A stretch of 64,000 nt of DNA from Candidatus Shapirobacteria bacterium (GTDB lineage Bacteria > Patescibacteriota > Microgenomatia > UBA12405). Position 1 is the first letter of the stretch; every line of letters begins with the position of its first letter. The position numbers and the translations under genes were made by a program. The notes under the pieces are model-generated. The model was not told the DNA's origin, ran no database searches, and saw nothing but the letters and a program-made list of their open reading frames with translations. Location: assembly GCA_041649835.1 (NCBI GenBank), contig JBAZML010000002.1, positions 3,318 to 67,317 on the forward strand, given 5' to 3'. This document shows, piece after piece, positions 36,232 through 45,636 of the stretch.

Positions 36232-37998
36232 TTAGACTTCTGCGAAACTAGTCCCGGTTTTCGTGCCCACAAAGTGCAAGCGAATGTAGGTGATAGCGTA
36301 AACGGGTTTAACGTAAAAGTCTCCTCTTAGTTCTCCCTTTGCAATAGTTTCTGCTGTGTTATTGCTATCATCGCAAACAAGCTTGTAATCTTCAATGAGA
36401 CCCTTACCTTTAGCGTCCGCAAAAATTGGGGTTACGTCACTAAGGAACTGTTGACGCTTAATCGCGGTATTAGGTTCCTGTAAATAATACTTAGAAACGT
36501 CAGACACTTTCTTTTCAAGAATTAGAAAAGTTAGTCTACCATGTACATACCCGAAAATAGACTCTTTTTGTAACATGGTTTTCTGAGTCCAAATATATTT
36601 ACCTTGCCCAGCTAGACTTACAACGCTGTTAACATTATGCTTATAAATTTCGTCTCTTTCAGCTAAAGAAGGATTCCATGCTAGTCTACGAATGCCGTCT
36701 AATTTAGCTCTGTTCAAACCTGCTGGGGCTAATCCGCCTGCATCAACACACTTAACATATACGCCGGCTGCATAACCAGAGAACGGAACCCAACGATAAC
36801 GATTAGCATACTTATCTTTAATATCTATCCATGTACCATAAGCTGCAGCGTAACTAGAATTAAAGTCTGAGTAGGCTGCATAAAGACCTACACTCCAAGT
36901 TACCAAATCGTCGGCTTCATTTCCGACATTATTGATTACACTGGCACTTAGACAGTCTGGAATGAACATACAATCTTTACGAGTATTACATACCTGCATC
37001 ATTGTGAGCTTAGATGCATTAGGTTTATCACCATCAATAAATACATTGATGGTGTTATCTTCTGCATTAGCGTAGAGGTTAATTGCGGCATCCATTACTG
37101 TAGTAGAAGGAGCTTCGTTCCCATCAATGCCTGCGCCTACATTATCAGTATTTGTTCCGCCCCCAAGAACTTGCCAAGAAGAGGTTGCAAAATTAGCAAG
37201 AGCCTGGTTCTTATAAGTAGGATTGAGAGTAACTCTAATATAATCAGAATTTTCATTAATCTTACTTTCTACATACATTGCTTGAGAAAGGTCATCAACC
37301 TTTGTTTCATCTGTAGACACATTAAAAGCTTCTACAAAGGCCCAATTACTTTCTACAGTAGTGTCAGAACTTTGTAGACATTCTTGGACTATAACTAAGA
37401 ATTCCTTAGTAGATTCTAGTTGAGAATCTACACTACGAATAGCAGCATAAGTATCCCAAGATGCGTGAAGTTTTTGGCGAATTAAATCATAATTAGTTTT
37501 ATCACACACAGCAACTCTTAGATAATTACCAGAGTAGCCTCTATATGCAGCGATAATATACATTACATAAGGATCAGGACAAGCTACTTCATCAGCAAAA
37601 GCATCCGGATCAGAAATAGCCCCAACACCAGTACCCAATGTATAGGCTGTTGCTGAGGTCATTTCGCTAAAGGTAGCCGATGTTCCTACAGTTGCTTTTG
37701 TCCCAGAGAAAGTTGAAGAAGTTGGCATAACTCTTGTACAATAAAGATTATTAGAACTCTTTAAAAATCCTATAGCCGAAAACATATCACAGTAACACGG
37801 AGCATATGTGGTCGGGGTTCCAAACTTAGTTACTAAGTCTGTTTCATTTATTACTAAAATTGTGTCGTTTTCTCTACCTCTCCATGTATTCCTGAGAATA
37901 ATGGCACCAGCAGGCCCAGTTACTTCTTCGTTATACTGAGTTTGATCTTCCTCAGTTATAGAAATTTGCGGTGAAATTAAATCTACTAGTTCTGGCAT
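36232..37998 (-). CDS. tail sheath protein (gp18-like)
   Basis: 588 aa, immediately upstream of gp19-like tube gene; first gene of tail operon. Confidence 0.6.
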   Translation of the reverse strand: MPELVDLISPQISITEEDQTQYNEEVTGPAGAIILRNTWRGRENDTILVINETDLVTKFGTPTTYAPCYCDMFSAIGFLKSSNNLYCTRVMPTSSTFSGTKATVGTSATFSEMTSATAYTLGTGVGAISDPDAFADEVACPDPYVMYIIAAYRGYSGNYLRVAVCDKTNYDLIRQKLHASWDTYAAIRSVDSQLESTKEFLVIVQECLQSSDTTVESNWAFVEAFNVSTDETKVDDLSQAMYVESKINENSDYIRVTLNPTYKNQALANFATSSWQVLGGGTNTDNVGAGIDGNEAPSTTVMDAAINLYANAEDNTINVFIDGDKPNASKLTMMQVCNTRKDCMFIPDCLSASVINNVGNEADDLVTWSVGLYAAYSDFNSSYAAAYGTWIDIKDKYANRYRWVPFSGYAAGVYVKCVDAGGLAPAGLNRAKLDGIRRLAWNPSLAERDEIYKHNVNSVVSLAGQGKYIWTQKTMLQKESIFGYVHGRLTFLILEKKVSDVSKYYLQEPNTAIKRQQFLSDVTPIFADAKGKGLIEDYKLVCDDSNNTAETIAKGELRGDFYVKPVYAITYIRLHFVGTKTGTSFAEV

Positions 37999-38195
37999 TG
38001 TTCAAATCTCCTTTGTCGGTGAACCGAAGGATCGTTCAGCTCACTCTTGTTTGGGTTATATGGTATAGACAACACATATTTAAAATTTTGTTTTGGGTCT
38101 AAAGGTCGGTAATTCGTACTAGAATGTTCGTCGTTAGTAGTCGTCGTTTGTATATAAGTATTTATTAAAAAATTTCAGATTTTATCAAAAAATTA

Positions 38196-38243
38196 GTTTC
38201 AGGGGCTTGATGAGTATGATATAATAAACTAAAAGCTTGGAGG
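38196..38243 (+). promoter_or_regulatory. early/middle promoter cassette: GTTTCAG-N17-TGATATAAT-AAACTAAAAGCTTGGAGG
   Basis: 17-nt spacer, extended -10, conserved leader ending in GGAGG RBS before ATG 38254. Confidence 0.6.
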
Positions 38244-38253
38244 AAAGGAAAAC

Positions 38254-38550
38254 ATGAGTAAATGGGTAAAGATGTGGAAATCATATAACAGTGGTCCTGG
38301 AGAACCTGTTTATTTTGAATTTGAAAAAAATGAAGATATTAAAAATCTAATAGAGTATTGGGAGGAAGAAGAGTATTGGGATGAAGGTTATTATGATATT
38401 CTATGGGAACAAATTGATAAACCTCCAAAGGAATGGCTTGAAAAGGAAATTAAAGAATACGCTAAAAAATCTAAAAATTTATACAAAAATTATCGCAGAG
38501 CCAAAATTGCTATAGAAGATACCATTAAAAATTATAAACTTCTTCTATGA
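38254..38550 (+). CDS. small acidic protein, paralog A (tandem pair with 38907..39200)
   Basis: ~35-40% identity to ORF 38907 along its length (W.K.W, EYWEEEEYWDEGYY, IDKPP.EWL.KEI, KNLY.NYK). Confidence 0.5.
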   Translation: MSKWVKMWKSYNSGPGEPVYFEFEKNEDIKNLIEYWEEEEYWDEGYYDILWEQIDKPPKEWLEKEIKEYAKKSKNLYKNYRRAKIAIEDTIKNYKLLL

Positions 38551-38567
38551 TAAGGAGGTAGAGAAAT

Positions 38568-38753
38568 ATGAACCAGAAATTGCCTATGAGATATGATGTG
38601 GAATATGAGGGTGTACTTACTACGATCTATGAGGATATTTCCGGGGAATTTGAAACCTTAGTGGAAGCTAAGGAGGCGGCAATAAAACATTTACACGGCA
38701 TAATTGAAATGGCCGTATATCAAATAACCCACATTGCAGCAATGCAAAAATAA
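38568..38753 (+). CDS. hypothetical small protein
   Basis: GGAGG RBS; 61 aa. Confidence 0.35.
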   Translation: MNQKLPMRYDVEYEGVLTTIYEDISGEFETLVEAKEAAIKHLHGIIEMAVYQITHIAAMQK

Positions 38754-38773
38754 ATTCTAGGAGGAAACTCTGA

Positions 38774-38916
38774 TGGATAAGGAGCCTTTTGAAATTTGCG
38801 ATTGGTGCGGAGAAGGGGTACATTGGATCAATTCTCTGGGCTACTGTAAAAAATGTGTGGAGTGGCACATCAAGCAACACCATAAAGAAAATAAGGAGAA
38901 AGAAAAATGTGGTTAA
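38774..38916 (+). CDS. small zinc-ribbon protein (47 aa)
   Basis: AGGAGG RBS; CDWCGE...CKKCVEWH. Confidence 0.3.
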
Positions 38917-39200
38917 AAATATGGAGAGATAGTAGTGCAATGGCCGGGAGACCTCACTACGCCGAGTATGAAACTGAAAATGATATTGAGGGATTAATAG
39001 ATTATTTCGACGAAATGATTTATGGCGATGGCTACCATTATATTGAATGGGAAAAAATAGATAAACCCCCAATCGAATGGTTAAAGAAAGAAATACAGAG
39101 AAAAGCAGAAACACTAAAGAATTTATATGCTAACTATAAAGAGAACCGCCATAATTTACAAGAGTTTATTAAGCATTATAAATCTTTAATTAAATCATAG
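38907..39200 (+). CDS. small acidic protein, paralog B
   Basis: Paralog of 38254..38550. Confidence 0.5.
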   Translation: MWLKIWRDSSAMAGRPHYAEYETENDIEGLIDYFDEMIYGDGYHYIEWEKIDKPPIEWLKKEIQRKAETLKNLYANYKENRHNLQEFIKHYKSLIKS

Positions 39201-39212
39201 GAGGTAAGAAAA

Positions 39213-39367
39213 ATGGCTAAAAAGGCAAAAGGTTCTGCAGGGAATGGCAAGTCTGTTCGTAAAGTATTTTACTCTGTGTGGGACTACGAAAAGAAGGCCG
39301 AAATAAAAGTTTCTGAGCCTTCTAGGTCTGAACGTAATCGACGTATTAGACTAGGTTCTATAGTATA
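39213..39367 (+). CDS. small basic protein (51 aa)
   Basis: AGGAGG RBS; K/R-rich. Confidence 0.3.
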
Positions 39368-39377
39368 AGGAGGTAAA

Positions 39378-39560
39378 ATGGACATTTTTAATCCGTTTCC
39401 GTCTTTGGATAAAAATATAGAGGAGATTAAAAAATTGAGAGAGGCTTATGATCTTCTGGTTTCTATTCATCTTGAAATTGGGTCATATGGGCAAGGGAAA
39501 CTGTCTCAAGAACTTCTGTTTAAAATGAATGATTTCTTTGAGTTTGACGACTCTGAATAA
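39378..39560 (+). CDS. hypothetical small protein
   Basis: GGAGG RBS; 60 aa. Confidence 0.3.
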   Translation: MDIFNPFPSLDKNIEEIKKLREAYDLLVSIHLEIGSYGQGKLSQELLFKMNDFFEFDDSE

Positions 39561-39572
39561 AGGAGATAGTAC

Positions 39573-39776
39573 ATGTCTAGTCCCAATATACAGTTACTAA
39601 AGGCCACTTTAGAAAATCTTGCAAAAGAACTAAAATCTAATAGACCAATGATTTACGGAATAGATGGTGCATGGGCTCAAGGATACCAAGGGGGCCAATG
39701 GGATGCCGGATTTCATATTGAGGAATTACTAAAAGACTTTTTTGATTATGAAAAACCTGTTTCAGAAACCTCTTAG
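39573..39776 (+). CDS. hypothetical small protein
   Basis: GGAG RBS; 67 aa; its 3' end overlaps the next promoter cassette. Confidence 0.3.
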   Translation: MSSPNIQLLKATLENLAKELKSNRPMIYGIDGAWAQGYQGGQWDAGFHIEELLKDFFDYEKPVSETS

Positions 39777-39806
39777 GTATGTTATAATAAACTAAAACTT
39801 TGGAGG
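39759..39806 (+). promoter_or_regulatory. early/middle promoter cassette: GTTTCAGAA-N17-TGTTATAAT-AAACTAAAACTTTGGAGG
   Basis: Exact copy of the consensus; precedes GTG start at 39814. Confidence 0.6.
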
Positions 39807-39813
39807 TAAAAGG

Positions 39814-40107
39814 GTGATTAAAGTTTATCATAATAAAAATTTCCTTAATATTCCTTCATGGAAATGGGGTACTGAAGTTAAACCTGAAATCGTAGATTTA
39901 AAATGGGTGGCAACAGTCGATACGGACGATCTTAATGCGGCTTTTGAAAAAACGAACCATATTGATTGCGCATGGGAATATAATGAAGAAGTAAGTTCTT
40001 GTCTTATTAAACAAAGGTCTACTTCTTGTGGAGATGTCCTTATACATGGAGATAAAGCGTATGTGGTTGCGGCTGTAGGGTTTGTCGAGATTGATAACCT
40101 TTATTAG
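39814..40107 (+). CDS. hypothetical protein (GTG start)
   Basis: 97 aa after conserved leader. Confidence 0.35.
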   Translation: MIKVYHNKNFLNIPSWKWGTEVKPEIVDLKWVATVDTDDLNAAFEKTNHIDCAWEYNEEVSSCLIKQRSTSCGDVLIHGDKAYVVAAVGFVEIDNLY

Positions 40108-40115
40108 GTTATTTA

Positions 40116-40160
40116 GTTTCAGAATTTAGGTTAATGTATTATAAACTAAAACTTTGGAGG
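40116..40160 (+). promoter_or_regulatory. early/middle promoter cassette (variant -10 TATAAA)
   Basis: gtttcagaatttaggttaatgtattataaactaaaactttggagg. Confidence 0.55.
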
Positions 40161-40165
40161 TTGCC

Positions 40166-40414
40166 GTGAACCGAAAACAATTTATAGAACTTGTTAAAGA
40201 AGCCGAAAAAGGCTCGGTTTACAAAGATGAAGCAGATCTTTGGGAATCTTTGCGGCCGTTTGATGGACTGGCTCTCCATAAAGAAAGAAGGATGGCAACC
40301 AAAAAAGCGGTAATTAATTTCATTCGTTATCAAGCCCTCCAAATGAACGGTAATTGGGACTGGGATGAACTTGAAACCCTTCAATATTGTTTTCGTAGAG
40401 TGGATCTAATTTAG
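40166..40414 (+). CDS. hypothetical protein (GTG start after conserved leader)
   Basis: ORF track's TTG start at 40154 lies inside the GGAGG RBS; GTG at 40166 is the likelier start. Confidence 0.35.
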   Translation: MNRKQFIELVKEAEKGSVYKDEADLWESLRPFDGLALHKERRMATKKAVINFIRYQALQMNGNWDWDELETLQYCFRRVDLI

Positions 40415-40424
40415 AGGAGGTATT

Positions 40425-40673
40425 ATGTTAATCACCAAAAAATATGTTGACAAAATCGCACCATTTCACGGAAGGACTTCCTGTGACGATATTAATAGAA
40501 ATAATGCTTATGGTGGGTGGGATAAAACATATAATTCAAAAACCGGAGCAAAAAATATTATACTTCCTCGTTGTGCTCGATGTTATCTTCTTGATTCTAT
40601 TGGGTGTGATACTATGGACTTAGAATTTGAACCTGTAGTTGAAGTTTGGTTGAAGTATAAAGGAGAACGGTAA
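40425..40673 (+). CDS. hypothetical Cys-containing protein
   Basis: GGAGG RBS; 82 aa. Confidence 0.3.
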   Translation: MLITKKYVDKIAPFHGRTSCDDINRNNAYGGWDKTYNSKTGAKNIILPRCARCYLLDSIGCDTMDLEFEPVVEVWLKYKGER

Positions 40674-40675
40674 TC

Positions 40676-40975
40676 ATGAATAAAGTGGTCATTCCCAACT
40701 ACAGATTTTCCAATTGGAGCCGAGGTCAAAGCAAACCAGGTTCTTGGAAAATAGTATTGGAATATGACCCAAAAGATGTACCTAAGGATATTGTCTTAAC
40801 AGAAAAAGCGAAAGAAGTTTGGAAAAAGGAAAAGAGTATTTTTGGATATGCAAACTTTCGAGGACTTAAAACTGGAGACATATTATCTATAATCTCAGCA
40901 GCAAGGCGATCCGAGGTAAATTTAGGCGCTTCAAGAATGGGTTGGGTATGTTCATATAAAATTAAGGATCGTTAA
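40676..40975 (+). CDS. hypothetical protein
   Basis: 99 aa, ATGA overlap. Confidence 0.3.
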   Translation: MNKVVIPNYRFSNWSRGQSKPGSWKIVLEYDPKDVPKDIVLTEKAKEVWKKEKSIFGYANFRGLKTGDILSIISAARRSEVNLGASRMGWVCSYKIKDR

Positions 40976-41541
40976 TATGGAAAAATGGCAAAAAAGAATG
41001 CAAATGCTTAAAAGGTTTAAAAAAGCTAGACTGAAAAAGAAACTTATTAAGAGATGTCTGTTATGTGGTCAAATAATTTCAGAGGAGAGATAAAATGAAC
41101 CATAAAATAAATAAAATATTTGTTGCGTTGAACGATACAGCCAAAAAGAGACACATCAAAATCCGAGATCTTCAATATGAAGAGATTTCCCAAATAGTAA
41201 AAACTTATTCTGCTAGTGAAGAAGATTTTTATTTTTTATGGGAAAGTATTATGAAAACCGGACTTGTAAAATAATTTTTGGAGGATCACTATGGAAGACA
41301 AAGAATACGCAAAAAATCAAATTGTAATTCATTCTCTATTAGCTCAATGGTGGATGACCAGAGCACTTAGCTGAGAGGTTAAACGGATGGATTTATATCA
41401 CGTTGAGGGAAGTTATGGAGAGTATCCTAGAGATGAGTTCGCCAATGAAGAAAAGGTTTCTTATGCTGTTGATGCAGCCAAAAGGCAGATAGACATTATA
41501 AAAGATATTAATGATAAGGTTTTTGGGAGGGATGGTAGTTT

Positions 41542-42060
41542 ATGAAATTATTATTTTGTGAAAAATGCGGAGAAATTATTCCTATACCGGCCCCTAAAAA
41601 TAAAATAATATATTGTTCATGTGGTAATATTGGAGGAATATATCAAGATAATTGCGTTTATGCAAATATATATCTGAGGGATGAAGAATCGTTTCATACA
41701 TCCAAAGTTTTGGGTTTGAATAATTCAATATTATTAGGACTAGAAAAACAAATAGTTTGTAATGTAGGTGAATGGAATGACAGTCAACTATCAATATTTG
41801 TTGATGGGACTCCTATCAAATATGAGGAAATTAAATGGCCTACATACACTGGTTCGGATTTGGGATCAGCCTTTAATTATTTGTTAAAAGAGATAGGTAA
41901 AGAATTAAAAGATATAAGTTTCATAAAGGATCAAAAAATAAAGTTTAAGGATGGAGGATATGTACTATTAGCTGAACAACCGGCAAACAAGGATTTTATT
42001 TATGTTTCCGTACAGAAAAAAGACGGATATTTGATAGAAACTAAGCTTTTAAGATATTAA
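41542..42060 (+). CDS. hypothetical protein with N-terminal zinc ribbon
   Basis: CEKCGE...CSCGN; 172 aa. Confidence 0.35.
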   Translation: MKLLFCEKCGEIIPIPAPKNKIIYCSCGNIGGIYQDNCVYANIYLRDEESFHTSKVLGLNNSILLGLEKQIVCNVGEWNDSQLSIFVDGTPIKYEEIKWPTYTGSDLGSAFNYLLKEIGKELKDISFIKDQKIKFKDGGYVLLAEQPANKDFIYVSVQKKDGYLIETKLLRY

Positions 42061-42075
42061 GGAGAAGAAAAAAAA

Positions 42076-42900
42076 GTGATATGCTATTTTCATGAAGACT
42101 TGGATGGGATATGTTCAGCGGCCATTATAAAACACAAATATCCATGGGTGGAACTTATTCCTTTAAATTATGGAGATGATTACGATGAAAAAATCTTCTC
42201 TAGAAATTTTAAAAATGAAACTATTTTTTTTGTAGATATAACCACACAACCGGTATCCATAATGAGTGAGTTGACTATATTAAACCGAGTGATTATTCTC
42301 GATCACCACATCACCGCCATTAATAATATTAAAGCTTTGAATTGGGAGCCTGAAGGTATTTTAGACACATCAAAAGCTGGTTGCGAGTTAGCTTGGCAAT
42401 ATTGTTTTCCATATCAAGAACTTCCACTTCCTGTTTATTATCTTGGAAGGTATGATGTTTGGGATCATAGTAACGAATTAACTTTACCGTTTCAGTATGG
42501 TATGAGACTATTAAATTTGGCACCAGATTCACATTATTGGAAATATCTTTTTGCTGGGCATAAAGACTCCTATGCCCTAATCATCGAAGACGGAGAACTT
42601 GTTATTGAGTGGGAAAAAACTCAAAATGCTAAAAGGGCAGCAAACGCCTTTGAAGCAGAGTTTGAAGGCTTAAGAGCTATCGTTTGTAATGGGGATAGTG
42701 GTTCACCTTTGTTTGATTCAGTATATAATGAAGATAAACATGATATTATGGTTAGTTTTATATACACGAAAAATAAAGTTTGGACCTATGGTCTTTATTC
42801 TACAAAGCCAGATGTGAATTGCGGAGAAATAGCTAAGAGGCGTGGGGGTGGGGGCCATTTTTCAGCGTCAGGATTTCAAAGTAAAAAATTCTTGTTTTGA
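42076..42900 (+). CDS. DHH-DHHA1 family phosphoesterase (NrnA/oligoribonuclease-like)
   Basis: Motif I HEDLDGICSA, DHH at LDHHITA, C-terminal DHHA1 GGGGHFSASG. Confidence 0.6.
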   Translation: MICYFHEDLDGICSAAIIKHKYPWVELIPLNYGDDYDEKIFSRNFKNETIFFVDITTQPVSIMSELTILNRVIILDHHITAINNIKALNWEPEGILDTSKAGCELAWQYCFPYQELPLPVYYLGRYDVWDHSNELTLPFQYGMRLLNLAPDSHYWKYLFAGHKDSYALIIEDGELVIEWEKTQNAKRAANAFEAEFEGLRAIVCNGDSGSPLFDSVYNEDKHDIMVSFIYTKNKVWTYGLYSTKPDVNCGEIAKRRGGGGHFSASGFQSKKFLF

Positions 42901-42912
42901 AGGAGTTAACAA

Positions 42913-43119
42913 ATGAAACTGGGTAAAATTCAATCATGTGGAAACATATGTTATGTATCTACCTCAATCGATGAAGTAACTTTAACGTTTGGTAGAGGTG
43001 AACTTGATGAGTGGGGGTTTTGGGAAATTCCATGCGAAATATGTGCTCAGAACCATAAAAAAGCTTATCCTAATGATTTGGTTTGGCCGGATAAAGATAT
43101 ATGTGATGAGCCTAGTTAA
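42913..43119 (+). CDS. small zinc-ribbon protein
   Basis: CGNICY...CEICAQNH. Confidence 0.3.
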   Translation: MKLGKIQSCGNICYVSTSIDEVTLTFGRGELDEWGFWEIPCEICAQNHKKAYPNDLVWPDKDICDEPS

Positions 43120-43317
43120 AGGAGAATATTAATGAGATTCCCAAGTAAAAAATCTTCAGGAAAATTTCCTAACAAACTAATATTTGCGTTTTTGCCGCGT
43201 AGGTGTACGAAGTGTAGAGACACTATATGGTTGGAAGGTATTATTAAATCTTGGTATTATGGACTTAATAGATTTACATGTCTAAAATGTTATAGTAATG
43301 AATAGAGGAGTTATTAA

Positions 43318-43533
43318 ATGAAATATGAGCCGGAATGTGATATGATGTGGGACAAAAATGGGTACATAGCTCGTAGATATTGGGATAATGTATTTTGTAA
43401 ATTCTGTGGAGCTCCATTAAGCCCTAATGAGAGTTATGGTGAAGGTCCAGGCGATGGACCTGGAATGTGTATAGAATGTGTAAGAATTATTTTTAATGAA
43501 GTAGAGGAGGAGATGACAAATGCAGAAACTTAG
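43318..43533 (+). CDS. small zinc-ribbon protein
   Basis: CKFCGA...CIECV. Confidence 0.3.
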   Translation: MKYEPECDMMWDKNGYIARRYWDNVFCKFCGAPLSPNESYGEGPGDGPGMCIECVRIIFNEVEEEMTNAET

Positions 43534-43981
43534 AGATTTTTGCGCTATAGAAATTATGGAATGGGTTCCTCCAAAACAATTACCGGAAGGAAGATATTAT
43601 GATGTTAAAGAAAATGAAGAACTAGGTATTGGATATACTATAGGCTGGAGACATGAAGATGGCACTTTTTACTCCAATAAAGAACTAGAACCCTACGAAT
43701 ATTGGAGAACAAAAAATGGGGAAATTGTTAAGGCCCCATGGGGTGGGTATCTTACTAGGGGACAATATACAAGATGGCAACCAGATAATATTTATAATGG
43801 GCAAGCTTTTCTATTAATTGATAAGATCAGAGAAACTAGAAGTGTAGAAATTTATTTTCATAAGAGCAATGGTCTTGATGATGGAGTTTCTGTAAGAATA
43901 GATGATGGGTCATGGTGGTGGGATAAAAGTCTATTTTTAGTTTTGATTAATGCCTATACGGGGATGACATATGGATATTAA
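43520..43981 (+). CDS. hypothetical Trp-rich protein
   Basis: 153 aa. Confidence 0.3.
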   Translation: MQKLRDFCAIEIMEWVPPKQLPEGRYYDVKENEELGIGYTIGWRHEDGTFYSNKELEPYEYWRTKNGEIVKAPWGGYLTRGQYTRWQPDNIYNGQAFLLIDKIRETRSVEIYFHKSNGLDDGVSVRIDDGSWWWDKSLFLVLINAYTGMTYGY

Positions 43982-44133
43982 AAAAGTTCAAAATGCTTTG
44001 TTAGGACTAGCTTTATCTGAACATAAGGGAGAAGTAAATGACGAAATTCCGATTTTATGTGAGGCTTTAGGTATTTTGTGTAAATGGTCAGATAAATGGG
44101 AAAGATACATATTCTCATGGGAGTCAATATGGT

Positions 44134-44400
44134 ATGAATCAGAAGACTAAGAACATAATTAAAGGAATTCTTCTCATAGCTGTTCCTTTAATTATAATTA
44201 TTGTGATAGGATACTATTATGTTCAAAACACTTTTAATTCCACTATGTCGCCAATAACAAAAGGATTTGGAGGAATTACAATAAACAATCCTCCAGTAGG
44301 GCTATTTGATAGTTTAGCACAAATACTTATAGGACTAGGTATTTGTCTTTCAAGTGTTTGTTGGGGTGTAGCTAAAGTTATTAAAGCATTGAGAACTTAG
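44134..44400 (+). CDS. small membrane protein (two TM helices)
   Basis: Hydrophobic LLIAVPLIIIIVIGYYY and ILIGLGICLSSVCWGVA. Confidence 0.35.
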   Translation: MNQKTKNIIKGILLIAVPLIIIIVIGYYYVQNTFNSTMSPITKGFGGITINNPPVGLFDSLAQILIGLGICLSSVCWGVAKVIKALRT

Positions 44401-44409
44401 GAGATTAAA

Positions 44410-44625
44410 ATGGCTGGATATATTGGAAAAGTAAAATTGGATAAGGAAATTGTAGAAGGGTTTTTATTAATAGAACAAGATGAGCGTTACGATGAATATT
44501 ATGCAATGAAAATAGATGATGAATTATATCACGTTTATGGGGTTAATTTGCCTCGGTTTATTACAAGACTTGACAATTATAATTTAGAACAGTATATAGA
44601 AAAAGTGCCTAATGGCCTACTATAG
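44410..44625 (+). CDS. hypothetical small protein
   Basis: 71 aa. Confidence 0.3.
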   Translation: MAGYIGKVKLDKEIVEGFLLIEQDERYDEYYAMKIDDELYHVYGVNLPRFITRLDNYNLEQYIEKVPNGLL

Positions 44626-45250
44626 TTCAAAAGGCTCTCAGCTTCCCTCAGTCACAACTTTAATAGGGAGATATATTAATAAACCTTATTTAGCTAAGTG
44701 GGCTAGAGACTTAATGAGAGATTATTCTCTAGATTTTGAAAAAGAGTCCAGAATAGCCACAGAAATTGGTACAATAGCTCATGAAATGGTAGAATTAGAC
44801 CTTTTAGGACTACCATTAAAAGTATATCCTAAGAAATCTAAGGACCATATTAAACATGCTTTAATTGCCTATTCCGCTTGGGAGAAGTGGAAAGAATATC
44901 ATAAAATTGATAAGTTGCTAGGAACAGAAATAAAATTGACTTCAGAAGAGTATGGATTTGGGGGAACTATTGATATTCCTGCGGTAATTAATTCAAAAAA
45001 TACTATATTAGATCTTAAAACATCTAAGTCTATTAGTATAGAGTATCAGATTCAAATTGCCGCGTATGGTAAATTATGGGATGAAAATAATCCAGATACT
45101 AAAATTGAGAGATACGAAATTTTAAGACTTGATAAGTATTCTGGAGAATATGAATACGTAGGATGGGATGAATTAGAAAAACCTTGGAAGATTTTTAAAT
45201 ATTTTCTAGAAATAGACAAATTATTAAAAGAACTTGGGTATCAATTTTAG
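44612..45250 (+). CDS. PD-(D/E)XK-fold nuclease (RecB/Cas4-like core)
   Basis: LPSVTTLIG, GTIAHEMVE, GGTIDIP...ILDLKTSK (D...D/E-x-K). Confidence 0.45.
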   Translation: MAYYSSKGSQLPSVTTLIGRYINKPYLAKWARDLMRDYSLDFEKESRIATEIGTIAHEMVELDLLGLPLKVYPKKSKDHIKHALIAYSAWEKWKEYHKIDKLLGTEIKLTSEEYGFGGTIDIPAVINSKNTILDLKTSKSISIEYQIQIAAYGKLWDENNPDTKIERYEILRLDKYSGEYEYVGWDELEKPWKIFKYFLEIDKLLKELGYQF

Positions 45251-45299
45251 TTTCAGAAATTATCTAAACATGTTATAATAAACTAAAACTCTTTGGAGG
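45250..45299 (+). promoter_or_regulatory. early/middle promoter cassette: GTTTCAGAA-N17-TGTTATAAT-AAACTAAAACTCTTTGGAGG
   Basis: 17-nt spacer; leader ends in GGAGG before ATG 45305. Confidence 0.6.
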
Positions 45300-45304
45300 C
45301 TATT

Positions 45305-45610
45305 ATGAGTTATATGAGTGACAATATCCGAGAAGGTAAATATGATAATAAGCTTCCATTTGTATCTAGGAAAAAAGATCCAGAAGCGTACAAAGAATAT
45401 AATCAGGAGACTTCTCGTCTTCTAGACCTTTTTATTGATGACCTTGAAAAAGAGTATGATACCTCTAAACTCAAAGGAAAAGATAAGATTTTTGCATACG
45501 CTTGGGAACAAGGTCATGCGTACGGGTTTAGCGAAGTTGTAATTCACTATGAGGAAATTGCCGCTCTTGTTGTTGAAGTGATGTTGGCAAATCTTCCAGA
45601 CAAGAAATAA
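45305..45610 (+). CDS. hypothetical protein
   Basis: ATG 45305 after conserved leader (ORF-track TTG at 45293 is inside the RBS). Confidence 0.35.
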   Translation: MSYMSDNIREGKYDNKLPFVSRKKDPEAYKEYNQETSRLLDLFIDDLEKEYDTSKLKGKDKIFAYAWEQGHAYGFSEVVIHYEEIAALVVEVMLANLPDKK

Positions 45611-45636
45611 ACTAGAATTCTTTGGAGGAACCGATA

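Noticed and set aside
38157-38164. Near-consensus late promoter (AATAAATA on minus strand) about 160 nt upstream of the sheath gene
   Set aside because: It has one mismatch to TATAAATA and an atypically long distance to the start codon. It was kept out of the feature list.
37999-38253. Possible tRNA or small RNA gene in the 255-bp divergent intergenic region between the sheath gene and the first early gene (and in other >100-bp gaps: 6144-6225, 7860-8036, 9578-9717, 59091-59247)
   Set aside because: No cloverleaf-compatible acceptor/T-arm pairing or GTTCRANYC T-loop motif was spotted by eye. The regions look like AT-rich promoter DNA (early cassette at 38196-38243). This cannot be excluded without tRNAscan/Infernal.
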